Shown: positions 1-9,391, counted from the first letter of the stretch. The stretch is 32,000 nucleotides of DNA from Methanothermobacter thermautotrophicus str. Delta H (GCF_000008645.1 NC_000916.1:990001-1022000); one strand, 5' to 3'. Made by a program: numbers and translations. The notes: generated by a model not told the origin, from the letters alone.

Positions 1-30
1 TCTGTTTCACCTCTTCTTTTTTTCTTTGTG

Positions 31-1584
31 ATTTCAATCCCATTTTGGTCTGATTTTAACTTTATTAATTTAGTATTGGTTGTTTGGTTAATTCATTTCA
101 ATCCCATTTTGGTCTGATTTTAACATATATACCATATTGAACATTGATTTTAGCGTTTTTATTTCAATCCCATTTTGGTCTGATTTTAACCCAGCAGAAA
201 CAGTAATAGTCAAATATTATAAGCACAATTTCAATCCCATTTTGGTCTGATTTTAACCTTGATAAGGGTAGTAAACGAACCCGATAGTGAATATATTTCA
301 ATCCCATTTTGGTCTGATTTTAACCCAAATAAAACGTTAATATCGATTTAATTCCAATAATTTCAATCCCATTTTGGTCTGATTTTAACCGTTTCAACTA
401 ATGAAACTGTCTTAAATTGCTTATTTATTTCAATCCCATTTTGGTCTGATTTTAACTCGCAGAACATCATACACATCAGGTAGTCTATACAGTATTTCAA
501 TCCCATTTTGGTCTGATTTTAACTGATGGTTTTGATGTTTTGTGTAAAATTCGTGAGATTTCAATCCCATTTTGGTCTGATTTTAACGAAGTCACACTGA
601 ATACGAAGAAATACAAGACACAGTATTTCAATCCCATTTTGGTCTGATTTTAACCCGGTCCTTGACGGGAAAATCTACAGGGCCACAATAGATTTCAATC
701 CCATTTTGGTCTGATTTTAACACACAGTACAATTATTCGGAATAATACACGCACAATGATTTCAATCCCATTTTGGTCTGATTTTAACATGAACATGCAG
801 ATAAAAGATGATATAATAGAAAAATATTTCAATCCCATTTTGGTCTGATTTTAACAAGTATTTTTCTGAATTCACGGATTGCTTCGCATTTCAATCCCAT
901 TTTGGTCTGATTTTAACTATAATCGAATATTGTTGCGTATTGTGTTGTGTTTTTATTTCAATCCCATTTTGGTCTGATTTTAACAGGTTCTTGTGGGTTA
1001 TTGTTGTCCTAGTCCAGTTTACACATTTCAATCCCATTTTGGTCTGATTTTAACCTAAAGTTTCTCTGTAGTCCACATCCCCTTTTTTCAATTTCAATCC
1101 CATTTTGGTCTGATTTTAACTGAGGTGACAAGTATCAGGTTCTCACAGTGTTTCATGATTTCAATCCCATTTTGGTCTGATTTTAACACCGATGGTACCT
1201 CAGGATACTATTCCCACCACTCACCATTTCAATCCCATTTTGGTCTGATTTTAACTTGAAGACTCATACTACTTAGACAGTTTTGAATTCGATTTCAATC
1301 CCATTTTGGTCTGATTTTAACATCGAGGAATTCTATTTTATCCTCACCAGGATAGCGGATTTCAATCCCATTTTGGTCTGATTTTAACATGTTTTCCGTT
1401 ATACTATAGTGCGTTTTGGTATTGATTTCAATCCCATTTTGGTCTGATTTTAACCCATACCACACATTTGGATTGTAGGTGGTTGATGTTAATTTCAATC
1501 CCATTTTGGTCTGATTTTAACTAGCGGTTAATGTCGTCGATGTCCCTTGTTATTATTTCAATCCCATTTTGGTCTGATTTTAAC
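31..1584 (-). CRISPR. CRISPR array, 24 copies of a 30-bp repeat (plus strand ATTTCAATCCCATTTTGGTCTGATTTTAAC; crRNA sense GTTAAAATCAGACCAAAATGGGATTGAAAT), 23 complete spacers of 32-40 nt; probably continues left of the window
   Basis: Repeats read at 31, 95, 161, 228, 295, 360, 427, 494, 558, 625, 692, 759, 826, 888, 955, 1025, 1091, 1159, 1226, 1292, 1359, 1425, 1492 and 1555, with no variant seen. The ATTGAAAT 3' end on the minus strand is the usual archaeal 5'-handle, which gives the orientation. Confidence 0.99.
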
Positions 1585-1700
1585 AGGGCGGATTTTTTCT
1601 TCATTTGACCTCTATCGCTTTGAAATTTCTCCTTTCAGACATATAAATTTGTCGATCCCAGAAAATGCATTCTATTTATATGGATAGACGACTTAACAGA
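1585..1700 (-). promoter_or_regulatory. CRISPR leader and candidate array promoter (TATA-like AAATTTATAT at 1641-1650 on the minus strand)
   Basis: Non-repeat, AT-rich sequence abutting the right end of the array, which is upstream in the crRNA sense. The TATA-like box is 55-65 bp from the first repeat. Confidence 0.7.
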
Positions 1701-2192
1701 AGGTATTAAAATCCATAAATAAGACATTTAAAGTATTTAAATCAATTTAAAAAGAATTTTGGCAGGATAAAAAACCATCAGGTTGATAATAAAACCTTTA
1801 ATCCTGAAAGAAGCTTAAAATAACATTATGTTATTATAATGGGATGCTGAAAAATGGCTCATAAACGACTGAACGAAAGGACCCCGATTGGATATATGGA
1901 TTATTTAATCAATTTAAATTGAATTTTAAGATTTTTTAGTGTGATAAAGAATAAATAAAATCTTTAAAATGGTAGCCAAGGTTTCATGAAAAATCTAATT
2001 CAACATGACCAAAAAATAAATGTTTTTGGGGACATTTAATTAAAAATAGATGCTTATAAAACCTGAATTTGTCATAAAACCCTCTGGACTTCATTACAAA
2101 GAATAAAATGACCACGACGCTTCTTAGCAATATGCAAACCATGGAAGTATAACGTTGGTGAGGTTAACTCATTGCCAAAGAGTCTTTAAATA

Positions 2193-2439
2193 TCGATAAT
2201 GCCCATTAAAAACAATTAAAGCACCAAAGTTAATAAGAGTTCCTTAGAGACACAATAGAGACACAATAAGGGCAATAGCGACATTAAAACAATTAAAGCA
2301 CCACAGTTAATCCATGCAATGACTGTGGTGACGGGGGCTTCGCAGACATTAAAACAATTAAAGCACATAGATTGCGGGGGTGGAAACAACCACCCCCAAG
2401 GGCTTCGCAGACATTAAAACAATTAAAGCACCAAAGTTC
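2193..2439. repeat. Second, degenerate interspersed repeat family (4 copies), core CATTAAAACAATTAAAGCAC, fuller form GGGCTTCGCAGACATTAAAACAATTAAAGCAC
   Basis: Core copies at 2204-2224 (one extra A), 2282-2301, 2347-2366 and 2412-2431. Right-end spacings are 77, 65 and 65 nt. Confidence 0.85.
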
Positions 2440-2469
2440 ACTTACAGGCAGAGTAGTCTCTAAAAAAGA

Positions 2470-3672
2470 TTATAAGCGGGGAAAGGTTGCATTATCTATT
2501 TTTGAATCTATTCTCTCATCGATCATACGTGCATATTCAAGAACCTTATCATAGAACCTCTCGTATTGCTCTCCGTTAACGGATTCAAATCCATGGGCCA
2601 GTATTGAATGGTTCCGGATCCTAAGGAGATCCAGTATCTCATTATCCTTACCGAAGGCCCTCCCCACATCATGCCCTTCGCATTCAAGGAGCCTGTATGC
2701 ATTTTTGAGGGCGAGGTGTTTTTTACCGTCCAGTTTGAGGGCTGCCCTGGTACTCATGGCATATTTATCTGGATTGATACTGTCTGTTTCATCACCGTAC
2801 TCTTCCTCGATTAATATCTGGGCTATGAGTTCAAGTGCACGGTAAAGCCTCGCAGCTGCATCATCATACCGGCCCTCAGAGGCTCTCCTCCTGGAATTGG
2901 CAAGAAGATCCGGAAGGAATGGCCGGTATTTATATTTGCGTCTTCCATTCCTTGAGCTGATTATCTCTCCCAGTATGCTCTTGTTTCTCTTTATAACATC
3001 CTCAAGTTCCTCAAGGGAGTTGACCTCATCGCTATTAAGATAATCGAGGGCCTCCTCATGTTCAAAGAGGTCCCAGTGGAGGTACGCCCTTGTGAGTTTG
3101 ATGTAGGCCTCTTTTCTTTCATGGTTCACCACATCATTTTCAAGTATCTGGAGGGCTGTTTCAAACCTTCCATGGTTGAATAGTTCCTTGAATCGCCTTA
3201 TATTCAGTTTATCGTATATCTGGTAGGTGTTCTGTTCTATATTAGACTCTGTTCCACTCTGAACTGTCCCATTCCTGTCACGAAACCCTGTTATCACTGA
3301 GAGCTCCTTTCTGTAGAGTATCCCCATAACAAAGGCTATAGAGGTCATTGTCTTGGTCCCTGAGGTGTAATCGATTATAACCTCCTGGTCGCCATATATC
3401 TTCATCTGCTCCTCAAACTTGTCGAACAATTCTTTGACGCCGTCAATGTCAAGTATCTCAATGAATTTATATTCGGGTAGATCCTTTCCCTGCGCCTCTG
3501 CCTCCTCCTTTATGTACTCAACGGTCTTTTTGCTCATCTCTGACCCAAAGAAGACTATTTTATCGGGTCTTTTGTTGGTTATTGATTGGAAGAGTCCATG
3601 GGCCAGACTCCTGATGCGGTCCTCTGATGTTCCTGTGCCAGTTCCCACCGTCATGAAGAGTACTCTATCCAT
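2470..3672 (-). CDS. CARF-HEPN effector, Csm6/Csx1-like (TIGR02710-type) CRISPR ancillary ribonuclease
   Basis: 400-aa ORF. N-terminus MDRVLFMTVGTGTG and VIIDYTSGTKTM look like CARF. C-terminal LLRIRNHSILAHGF fits the HEPN RNx4-6H motif. Last gene of the csm operon. Confidence 0.85.
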   Translation of the reverse strand: MDRVLFMTVGTGTGTSEDRIRSLAHGLFQSITNKRPDKIVFFGSEMSKKTVEYIKEEAEAQGKDLPEYKFIEILDIDGVKELFDKFEEQMKIYGDQEVIIDYTSGTKTMTSIAFVMGILYRKELSVITGFRDRNGTVQSGTESNIEQNTYQIYDKLNIRRFKELFNHGRFETALQILENDVVNHERKEAYIKLTRAYLHWDLFEHEEALDYLNSDEVNSLEELEDVIKRNKSILGEIISSRNGRRKYKYRPFLPDLLANSRRRASEGRYDDAAARLYRALELIAQILIEEEYGDETDSINPDKYAMSTRAALKLDGKKHLALKNAYRLLECEGHDVGRAFGKDNEILDLLRIRNHSILAHGFESVNGEQYERFYDKVLEYARMIDERIDSKIDNATFPRL

Positions 3673-4730
3673 TGAAGATCACCTTAACCCAGCCGGGTGG
3701 TATTCTGCCATCTATTAGCTTCCTTGTCTTTGGAAACTCATAGGGATAACTTCTTCCCCTGCTGACTTTTCTTATGGATTCATAGGTCCTGTAATCATCC
3801 TCCTTGAATCTGAGGCCTATGGTGGTTGCAAGGAAGCCGCTGCCCTGTCCTATCCTCATGAGGGGGTTTTCAGGGGAGTTCCTTTTTTTCAAGTTTTCTG
3901 TATATCCTCTCAAGGAAATCCACGCCATACCTTGATGCGAAATCCAGCTCATGTTCTATGTAGTCCCTGCTGAAGGTGTAAAGGGATTCCCTTATGGTTT
4001 CAGGGTCAACAAGTTCCCTTTTATTCCGCAACCCGATCCTATCATATACATCGTTATAGGTGAAGTTCATCTCAAATTCCAGTTTTTTTCGTGGTATGAA
4101 CTCAAGGTAGAGCGGAAACTTCTTATAGCTGTATGATCCGCCTGAGACCGTGAGGACCCTGACCATGTGAAGTGCAGGTGCCTTTGAGGTGTTTGTGTCT
4201 GTAACCTCCAGGAACCTCATTATACTTTTCTTTGCAGTATCACGTGGGTCAGATGAGAAGAAACTGTTTATGATTTTATTCGGATCCCCTCGATGTCCCC
4301 TGCTGACTTCCTCCGAAATTCTTTCAAGGTCAGAATCCCTCAGGTTTTTATAGAGTAGAGCCGTTCTTATAGATCCCTTGATTGATGAACCCGGAATATA
4401 TATCTCATCAGAGGTTTTAATGTGCTCATGAACATCCTTTATGTTTGAGCTTTCTGTTTTAAGAAAGCCCCTGTATCTCACAGCCCTCCTTGCAGCTTTT
4501 TTAAATTTTTTCATACTGTCAAGCTGGAAATCTTGCGTTGATATGTGATCAACAAGTTCATCCCTTGCATCATCATCAAGTTCACTGTAGAGTTTCGAAA
4601 CGTCGACCCTCCCAAAAATTGGGACAAGCTTATCCCCTGACTTCGCCTTTCCGGTGTAAAACTCCTGGGGCCCATAGGTTGTGCCGTTGCCTATATGGAC
4701 CGGTGTTATAACCTCAAGGGTGCATTGCAA
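3665..4730 (-). CDS. csm5: Csm5 (Cas7-like RAMP), ORF interrupted by a frameshift: N-terminal part 3870-4730, C-terminal part in another frame ending at 3665
   Basis: MQCTLEVITPVHIGNGTTYG is a Csm5-like N-terminus. The other frame encodes MRIGQGSGFLATTIG...YEFPKTRKLIDGRIPPGWVKV, a Csm5-like C-terminus. It sits between csm4 and the CARF gene. Confidence 0.88.
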
Positions 4731-5639
4731 TTAACCACCACCAATCATGAATTTATATGCAAGGCCATATTCCACTGCAGATCTCCCGGACCTCACCAGG
4801 GTTCCATAGTATTCCTTTCCTGTATCATTGAAGGTTGAACCCTCCCTGAAGAACCTTACCTGTTTTCTTATCTCCCCATCGGGCCCCCTTCCCCTGCGGG
4901 ACCCTAATTCAAACCATGCATCTCTGGTCACAGATTCAAGTTCAGAGGGGGCCGGTATGAACCTTGAAAGGGTTACAAACCTTTCACCTGTATATTCTGG
5001 GAGGGGGTTCCTGTCGAATTCGAAGGAGAATGTCCCCTTACCCGTGGATACGTCTGGACCAAGGCCCCTGTCTGCCAGAAATCGGAGGGCTGATTCCAGC
5101 CGGGATCTGAATGAAGCATCCCTGAACTTCACAAGGAAGAACCTTCCCATGTTCTCATAGAAAACTCTCCTGAGATGGAATACTCCCTCTGTTCTTCTTT
5201 CGATCCTGTTTACAACGTTGTGTGGCTCCTCAAATTCCACTTCACCAAATCTAATATCTTTATCGCCATCGATGAGGAGGCCTCCATATACCCTGTTTTT
5301 CTCCATTGAATTAACTATATGCTCCTCATCGGCTTCCCCGGATGCCCATTCAAGGAATAAACCTTCGGGAATGTATGAGACGCCCTTGTATTTCTTGAAG
5401 AGGATTGGATCATAGCTCCCTGGCTCGGTGATTATCCTGGGGTAGAAACGAAGCCTTTCATCCGTCTCTATGTAGGGGAAACTTGATGAGATGAGGAATG
5501 GAGGGTCCTCCATGAATTGATCCACAACTTCATCCACCTCATCGGGGTAGAGCTGGCTGAAGCTGTAGATGAGAGCACCGAAGATGGTGTCTGAAGATAA
5601 TGGTGGGAGAGAGGACTCGGGTTTGAGGTATACGAGCAT
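4731..5639 (-). CDS. csm4: Csm4 (Cas5-like RAMP of type III-A)
   Basis: 302-aa ORF, LKPESSLPPLSSDTIFGALIYSF N-terminus, FVTLSRFIPAPSE, ends KFMIGGG; gene order. Confidence 0.9.
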   Translation of the reverse strand: MLVYLKPESSLPPLSSDTIFGALIYSFSQLYPDEVDEVVDQFMEDPPFLISSSFPYIETDERLRFYPRIITEPGSYDPILFKKYKGVSYIPEGLFLEWASGEADEEHIVNSMEKNRVYGGLLIDGDKDIRFGEVEFEEPHNVVNRIERRTEGVFHLRRVFYENMGRFFLVKFRDASFRSRLESALRFLADRGLGPDVSTGKGTFSFEFDRNPLPEYTGERFVTLSRFIPAPSELESVTRDAWFELGSRRGRGPDGEIRKQVRFFREGSTFNDTGKEYYGTLVRSGRSAVEYGLAYKFMIGGG

Positions 5640-5645
5640 TTTAAC

Positions 5646-6383
5646 TCACTCTGCAGTTGTATTGATATCTGCAAGGGATTCGAAATCCCCCATAGTGCTT
5701 TCGCCGGCTTCTCCACGGTAATATTCTACGGGCCTCTCTCTGATTTTTATGTTCTTGAATTCGATCTTACCGTAGCCCCTTGTACCGCTTCCACCAAGGT
5801 AGCTGTCCTCAAGGAGTCTGAGTCCCTCAAGTACAATTCTGAGGTTATCACTGTCACCATCATATTCACTCACTATTATCTCAAATCCAAATTTTGATCC
5901 CCTTGGAACCCTCTCCTGGTTCCTTGGATTTGCCATTGAGGTTATCCTGTTCAGGTTGTTCTCGTACTTAAGTTCAGCTCCTTCAACCACTTCACTGCTC
6001 TCCTTCCACTCCTCCACCGTTTCATCTGTTGGGAAGGCGTCTCTTACTATTATTCTTGTGGGCCCTGAACTGCTACTGCTATCTGTTCTTGTGGGCCCTG
6101 AACTGCTACTGCTATCTGCTGCGCTTCCAAATACCCTGCAGATTTCACATTTCCCGCATTTACATGGCCCGCCATTGCTTACACGGTCGAGTTCAAGCTC
6201 AAGGAGGGATCTCATCTTACCCTTGATTGATGATCCGGGGATGTAGGGTAGCCTCGTCACCGGATCCCTTATTATGGGGTTATCTGAGCCCCCTATCTCA
6301 ATGGAGTCCTTGGATACTCCTATGTGGAGTCCTGTTCTGCACAGGATTTCGCCTGTTATAATATAATTTTTCTGGAACCTCAT
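5646..6383 (-). CDS. csm3: Csm3 (Cas7-like backbone and target RNase)
   Basis: ILCRTGLHIGVSKDSIEIGGSDNPIIRDPVTRLPYIPGSSIKGKMRSLLE, CGKCEICRVFG, GPTRIIVRDA and LLEDSYLGGSGTRGYGKIEF are characteristic Csm3 segments. Confidence 0.96.
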   Translation of the reverse strand: MRFQKNYIITGEILCRTGLHIGVSKDSIEIGGSDNPIIRDPVTRLPYIPGSSIKGKMRSLLELELDRVSNGGPCKCGKCEICRVFGSAADSSSSSGPTRTDSSSSSGPTRIIVRDAFPTDETVEEWKESSEVVEGAELKYENNLNRITSMANPRNQERVPRGSKFGFEIIVSEYDGDSDNLRIVLEGLRLLEDSYLGGSGTRGYGKIEFKNIKIRERPVEYYRGEAGESTMGDFESLADINTTAE

Positions 6384-6410
6384 TTAAAACACCATCTTGA
6401 TTAATAGAAC

Positions 6411-6833
6411 TTAGCTTCTTGGGTTGTAGAACTTATGATAGGCCACTATTGATTCAAGAAAGCGTACAAATACCCTGAAATTTTCGATTTTTTCGTCATC
6501 ATCTCCCCTGTCAACCTTATCCATCATTTTCTTCATTACCTCATAGAACCCCTCGGGTATGAGGTCCCTTCCCCTTGCATTTGCAAGCTGGGGTTTGAGT
6601 AGATAGAAATCCGCCTCTATGCTTTTCCAGGAATCAGCCTTCTTCTCCATGCTCCTTATTGCACTGAAAAATTTTCTGAGCTGTGTTGTCTTCAAATTGT
6701 TTGCCCTGGCTATAACATCAGCATATCCACCAGTATCGGCGTATTTCTTCGCCTCCAGATCGCTGAGCTTATCCAGTGCACTTATCTCCTTCTTAACATC
6801 CTCAAAAGTTAAATCACTCATGGATATCACCAT
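6411..6833 (-). CDS. csm2: Csm2 (Cas11-type small subunit of type III-A)
   Basis: 140-aa helical ORF with TTQLRKFFSAIR and KMMDKVDR...FVRFLESIVAYHKFY, between csm1 and csm3. Confidence 0.88.
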   Translation of the reverse strand: MVISMSDLTFEDVKKEISALDKLSDLEAKKYADTGGYADVIARANNLKTTQLRKFFSAIRSMEKKADSWKSIEADFYLLKPQLANARGRDLIPEGFYEVMKKMMDKVDRGDDDEKIENFRVFVRFLESIVAYHKFYNPRS

Positions 6834-9282
6834 TTCTTGTTCTTAAGCTGACCCATGACACCGGTATTCTGATCCATGGGATGAACCTGATCCCCTCATT
6901 AAAGAGCTCCCTTCTAATTTCCCTGTCAGATATATTTCTCAGTTTATAGACATAGTAGGGGACGTAGTCCTTTATGCGGAGCCTCAGCTCCTGGGATTCG
7001 ACCCATTCATCGAAATCCCTGATATCTTCATTGAATGATGATTCATGGAGTTTAAGAAGGGAATATACGAAGTTCTTGGACAGTTTTCCATTTCTTTGGA
7101 GTTTCTCCAGTCTCATGCCGAATTCAAGGAGTTCATTGAATCCCATGAAATGGTCTGTATCCCACTGTACCGTCTCCCCAAATACAGATATTTTTCCCTT
7201 ACCAAGGTTCTTGGATAGTTCAAGCTGCTTTTCTGCAATTTCAGCAGCTTTGCCGGCGGGAAACTTATGTCCGCCCATGAATATGCCTGCTGATATCTCA
7301 ATTGAGGGGTTTTCGCACGTCCATTCCCTGAATTCGTTCCGGAGTCTTCCAGCGAATTCAATTATATCATCGTATGGGCCGAACACAAGGACATCGTCTC
7401 CTCCAGAGTAGGTTATGTATATGGTTGGAGTTGACCTTTCTCTGCATTCATCGCAGATTTCAGAGCTGGACGCTGATGATGGGCGGTATACTGTTCCAAT
7501 TTCGCTTTTTATACTCATAAGTTTATCCCTACACCCATCGCAGGGCTCTCTTATGAAGAAGAACTCGGACGCGACCTGGTTTATGTATCCAAGGAAAAAG
7601 AGGTCCATGAAGGAGCTCATTGTCGAGATCCTTGATATTGATCGGTTCTCCAGTCCCTGGCTGAATATCTGTCCAAGGTTATCAACGTCCATCTTCAGGG
7701 TGGCCAGTTTACCTGCTCCAATGCTCAGGGATGATATCTCTGTGAAGTCAAGAGCTCTCTTCCTTCCACCATCAACCTCTACAGGCACAGTGTTTCCCAT
7801 CAGGGTAAATCCAAAGGACACATTTTCATTCTGAATCCTGTCCTGAATTCCAAGGAAGTCTGTGCTGTTCAGCCTCAGCAATTCTATCCTTCCGCCGAAA
7901 TCTGCCAGATTATCGAGCCTTGAAACAACAGAATCTTCTGTTTCAAAGAAGTATGATATTCCCCCCTCATTGAAATCAGAATCCATGGATCCATGAACCC
8001 TTATCATGTAATCTGCATTGGCAGCCCTTGCCCCCAGTTCTTCATGGGATCTGCACGAGCCACAGATGGTTGAAGATGAGGGCAGACCACAGACGGCACA
8101 TGTTTGAGATGGAGCCTCCTCCTCAAATGTGAAGAACTCGTTGAGGAGTTCCCTGAACTTCGACCTCTTGTTTCTGAGGTTCCTCTGGGCAAGCTTATCC
8201 ATGATGGCGCCGAAATCCTTAAGTTCATCACCGTTTACCTCGATGTAGGAAAGTGCAAGGTAGAGTTCCGCGTTGAAGGCCCCTATGAATCTCTGGTTAA
8301 CCTCCCTGGAAACCCTATCAAGGATATCCTTCACTTCCTGAGTATTTGGAAGTATGATTGTGAAGTGTCCACCTCCGCAGAAGAGTATGTTTGGCTGGGA
8401 TAGTCCTGCCTCAGATATTATCCTGTTTGCAACTGCATCTGTGAGGAGGCTTATGTAGAGGGATCTTCCCCTCAGACGTTTGCTCATACCCTTCTGTGCT
8501 TCCTCAGGAGATTTTACACTGGTTATGAAGTTCTGAATCCCTGATAGGTCGCCTGATACAATGAGGTATGGTTTACCCCCATTCCCCTCTTTCCTGTGAA
8601 GGTAGAGACATCCTGCCAGGGCTGCTGTCGTCTTGAGGTGGTCGAAGAGGGATATGTCTGGAACGCTCATATAGACTGCTGATGGAATCAGGGATGTGTA
8701 CTTTTTGAGGAGGTGGTGGAGCGTGCTGACATCAAAGTTTTTGAGTTCAGCCACCTCTGAGGTGAAGAGTTTCCAGAGTCTCCGGTATTCTCTCTCAAGG
8801 TTCCAGCCAGCCATAACCTGCCTTTTTATCCTATCTGGTTTTGTTCCTTTAAGATCCGTTGGTATGAGTTCCCGGAGGGGTAGATAGTATTCACCCTCTG
8901 CTTTTTCCCTTTCAGGTAGTCTGACCTGGGAGAATACTGATATCAACGGGTGTTCTTTAACCTCCTGTTTTGATTCCGACTTCTCCCTTTCACTTGCTGA
9001 ATGATGGTCCGCGTCCCTTATTATTCTGGCATATTCAGGATTCATGGAATTTGAAGGCTTGTGATGGTAGAGCACAAGGTCCTCTATATCCTCACCGAGG
9101 CCATGGTCAGCCACAAAGCTTGCTGACCATTTACCATGGGCTCCTGATTCCCCAAAATCAGACCTGGTGAGGCCACTATATTTATCACTGTGAGGTGAAG
9201 ATGTTCTCTGATAAAATTTACCTATGTCATGTAGGAGTGCAGCTAGCTGTATATCCTCAAGATTCATATAGAACACCGGCAA
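6814..9282 (-). CDS. cas10: Cas10/Csm1, HD domain plus palm domain with GGDD
   Basis: 822 aa; LAALLHDIGKFYQRT (HD), CAVCG...CGSC zinc site, ITYSGGDDVLVFGP palm motif. Confidence 0.97.
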   Translation of the reverse strand: MPVFYMNLEDIQLAALLHDIGKFYQRTSSPHSDKYSGLTRSDFGESGAHGKWSASFVADHGLGEDIEDLVLYHHKPSNSMNPEYARIIRDADHHSASEREKSESKQEVKEHPLISVFSQVRLPEREKAEGEYYLPLRELIPTDLKGTKPDRIKRQVMAGWNLEREYRRLWKLFTSEVAELKNFDVSTLHHLLKKYTSLIPSAVYMSVPDISLFDHLKTTAALAGCLYLHRKEGNGGKPYLIVSGDLSGIQNFITSVKSPEEAQKGMSKRLRGRSLYISLLTDAVANRIISEAGLSQPNILFCGGGHFTIILPNTQEVKDILDRVSREVNQRFIGAFNAELYLALSYIEVNGDELKDFGAIMDKLAQRNLRNKRSKFRELLNEFFTFEEEAPSQTCAVCGLPSSSTICGSCRSHEELGARAANADYMIRVHGSMDSDFNEGGISYFFETEDSVVSRLDNLADFGGRIELLRLNSTDFLGIQDRIQNENVSFGFTLMGNTVPVEVDGGRKRALDFTEISSLSIGAGKLATLKMDVDNLGQIFSQGLENRSISRISTMSSFMDLFFLGYINQVASEFFFIREPCDGCRDKLMSIKSEIGTVYRPSSASSSEICDECRERSTPTIYITYSGGDDVLVFGPYDDIIEFAGRLRNEFREWTCENPSIEISAGIFMGGHKFPAGKAAEIAEKQLELSKNLGKGKISVFGETVQWDTDHFMGFNELLEFGMRLEKLQRNGKLSKNFVYSLLKLHESSFNEDIRDFDEWVESQELRLRIKDYVPYYVYKLRNISDREIRRELFNEGIRFIPWIRIPVSWVSLRTRNGDIHE

Positions 9283-9349
9283 TTAATTATTTTAATATGG
9301 TTGGAATTATGATTAATATATATGTTATCCTTACAATTGAATGGAAAGA

Positions 9350-9363
9350 TTTATAAATATGAA
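9350..9363 (-). promoter_or_regulatory. Candidate TATA element for the csm operon
   Basis: CATATTTATAAAT on the minus strand in the 109-bp gap between cas2 and cas10. Confidence 0.4.
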
Positions 9364-9391
9364 AATTTGTGGGATGTGATGATGAAGCTGT

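Noticed and set aside
1295-1504. 69-aa minus-strand ORF in the array
   Set aside because: It is translation of CRISPR repeats and spacers (recurring WYGLKSDQNGIEI), not a gene.
61-1554. Possible self-targeting spacers or spacers matching known methanogen viruses
   Set aside because: I saw no obvious match inside the window by eye, and no database search was possible. A BLAST of the 23 spacers against the genome and archaeal viruses would settle it.
2372-2554. 60-aa plus-strand ORF over the second repeat family and the csm6-like 3' end
   Set aside because: No recognisable domain and antisense to the CARF gene end.
3870-3895. Classical -1 ribosomal frameshift at A AAA AAG in csm5
   Set aside because: The heptamer is in the right phase (GAA AAA AAG), but the -1 frame reads GGA ACT CCC CTG AAA ACC CCC TCA TGA and stops at once. 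The conserved C-terminus lies in the +1 frame.
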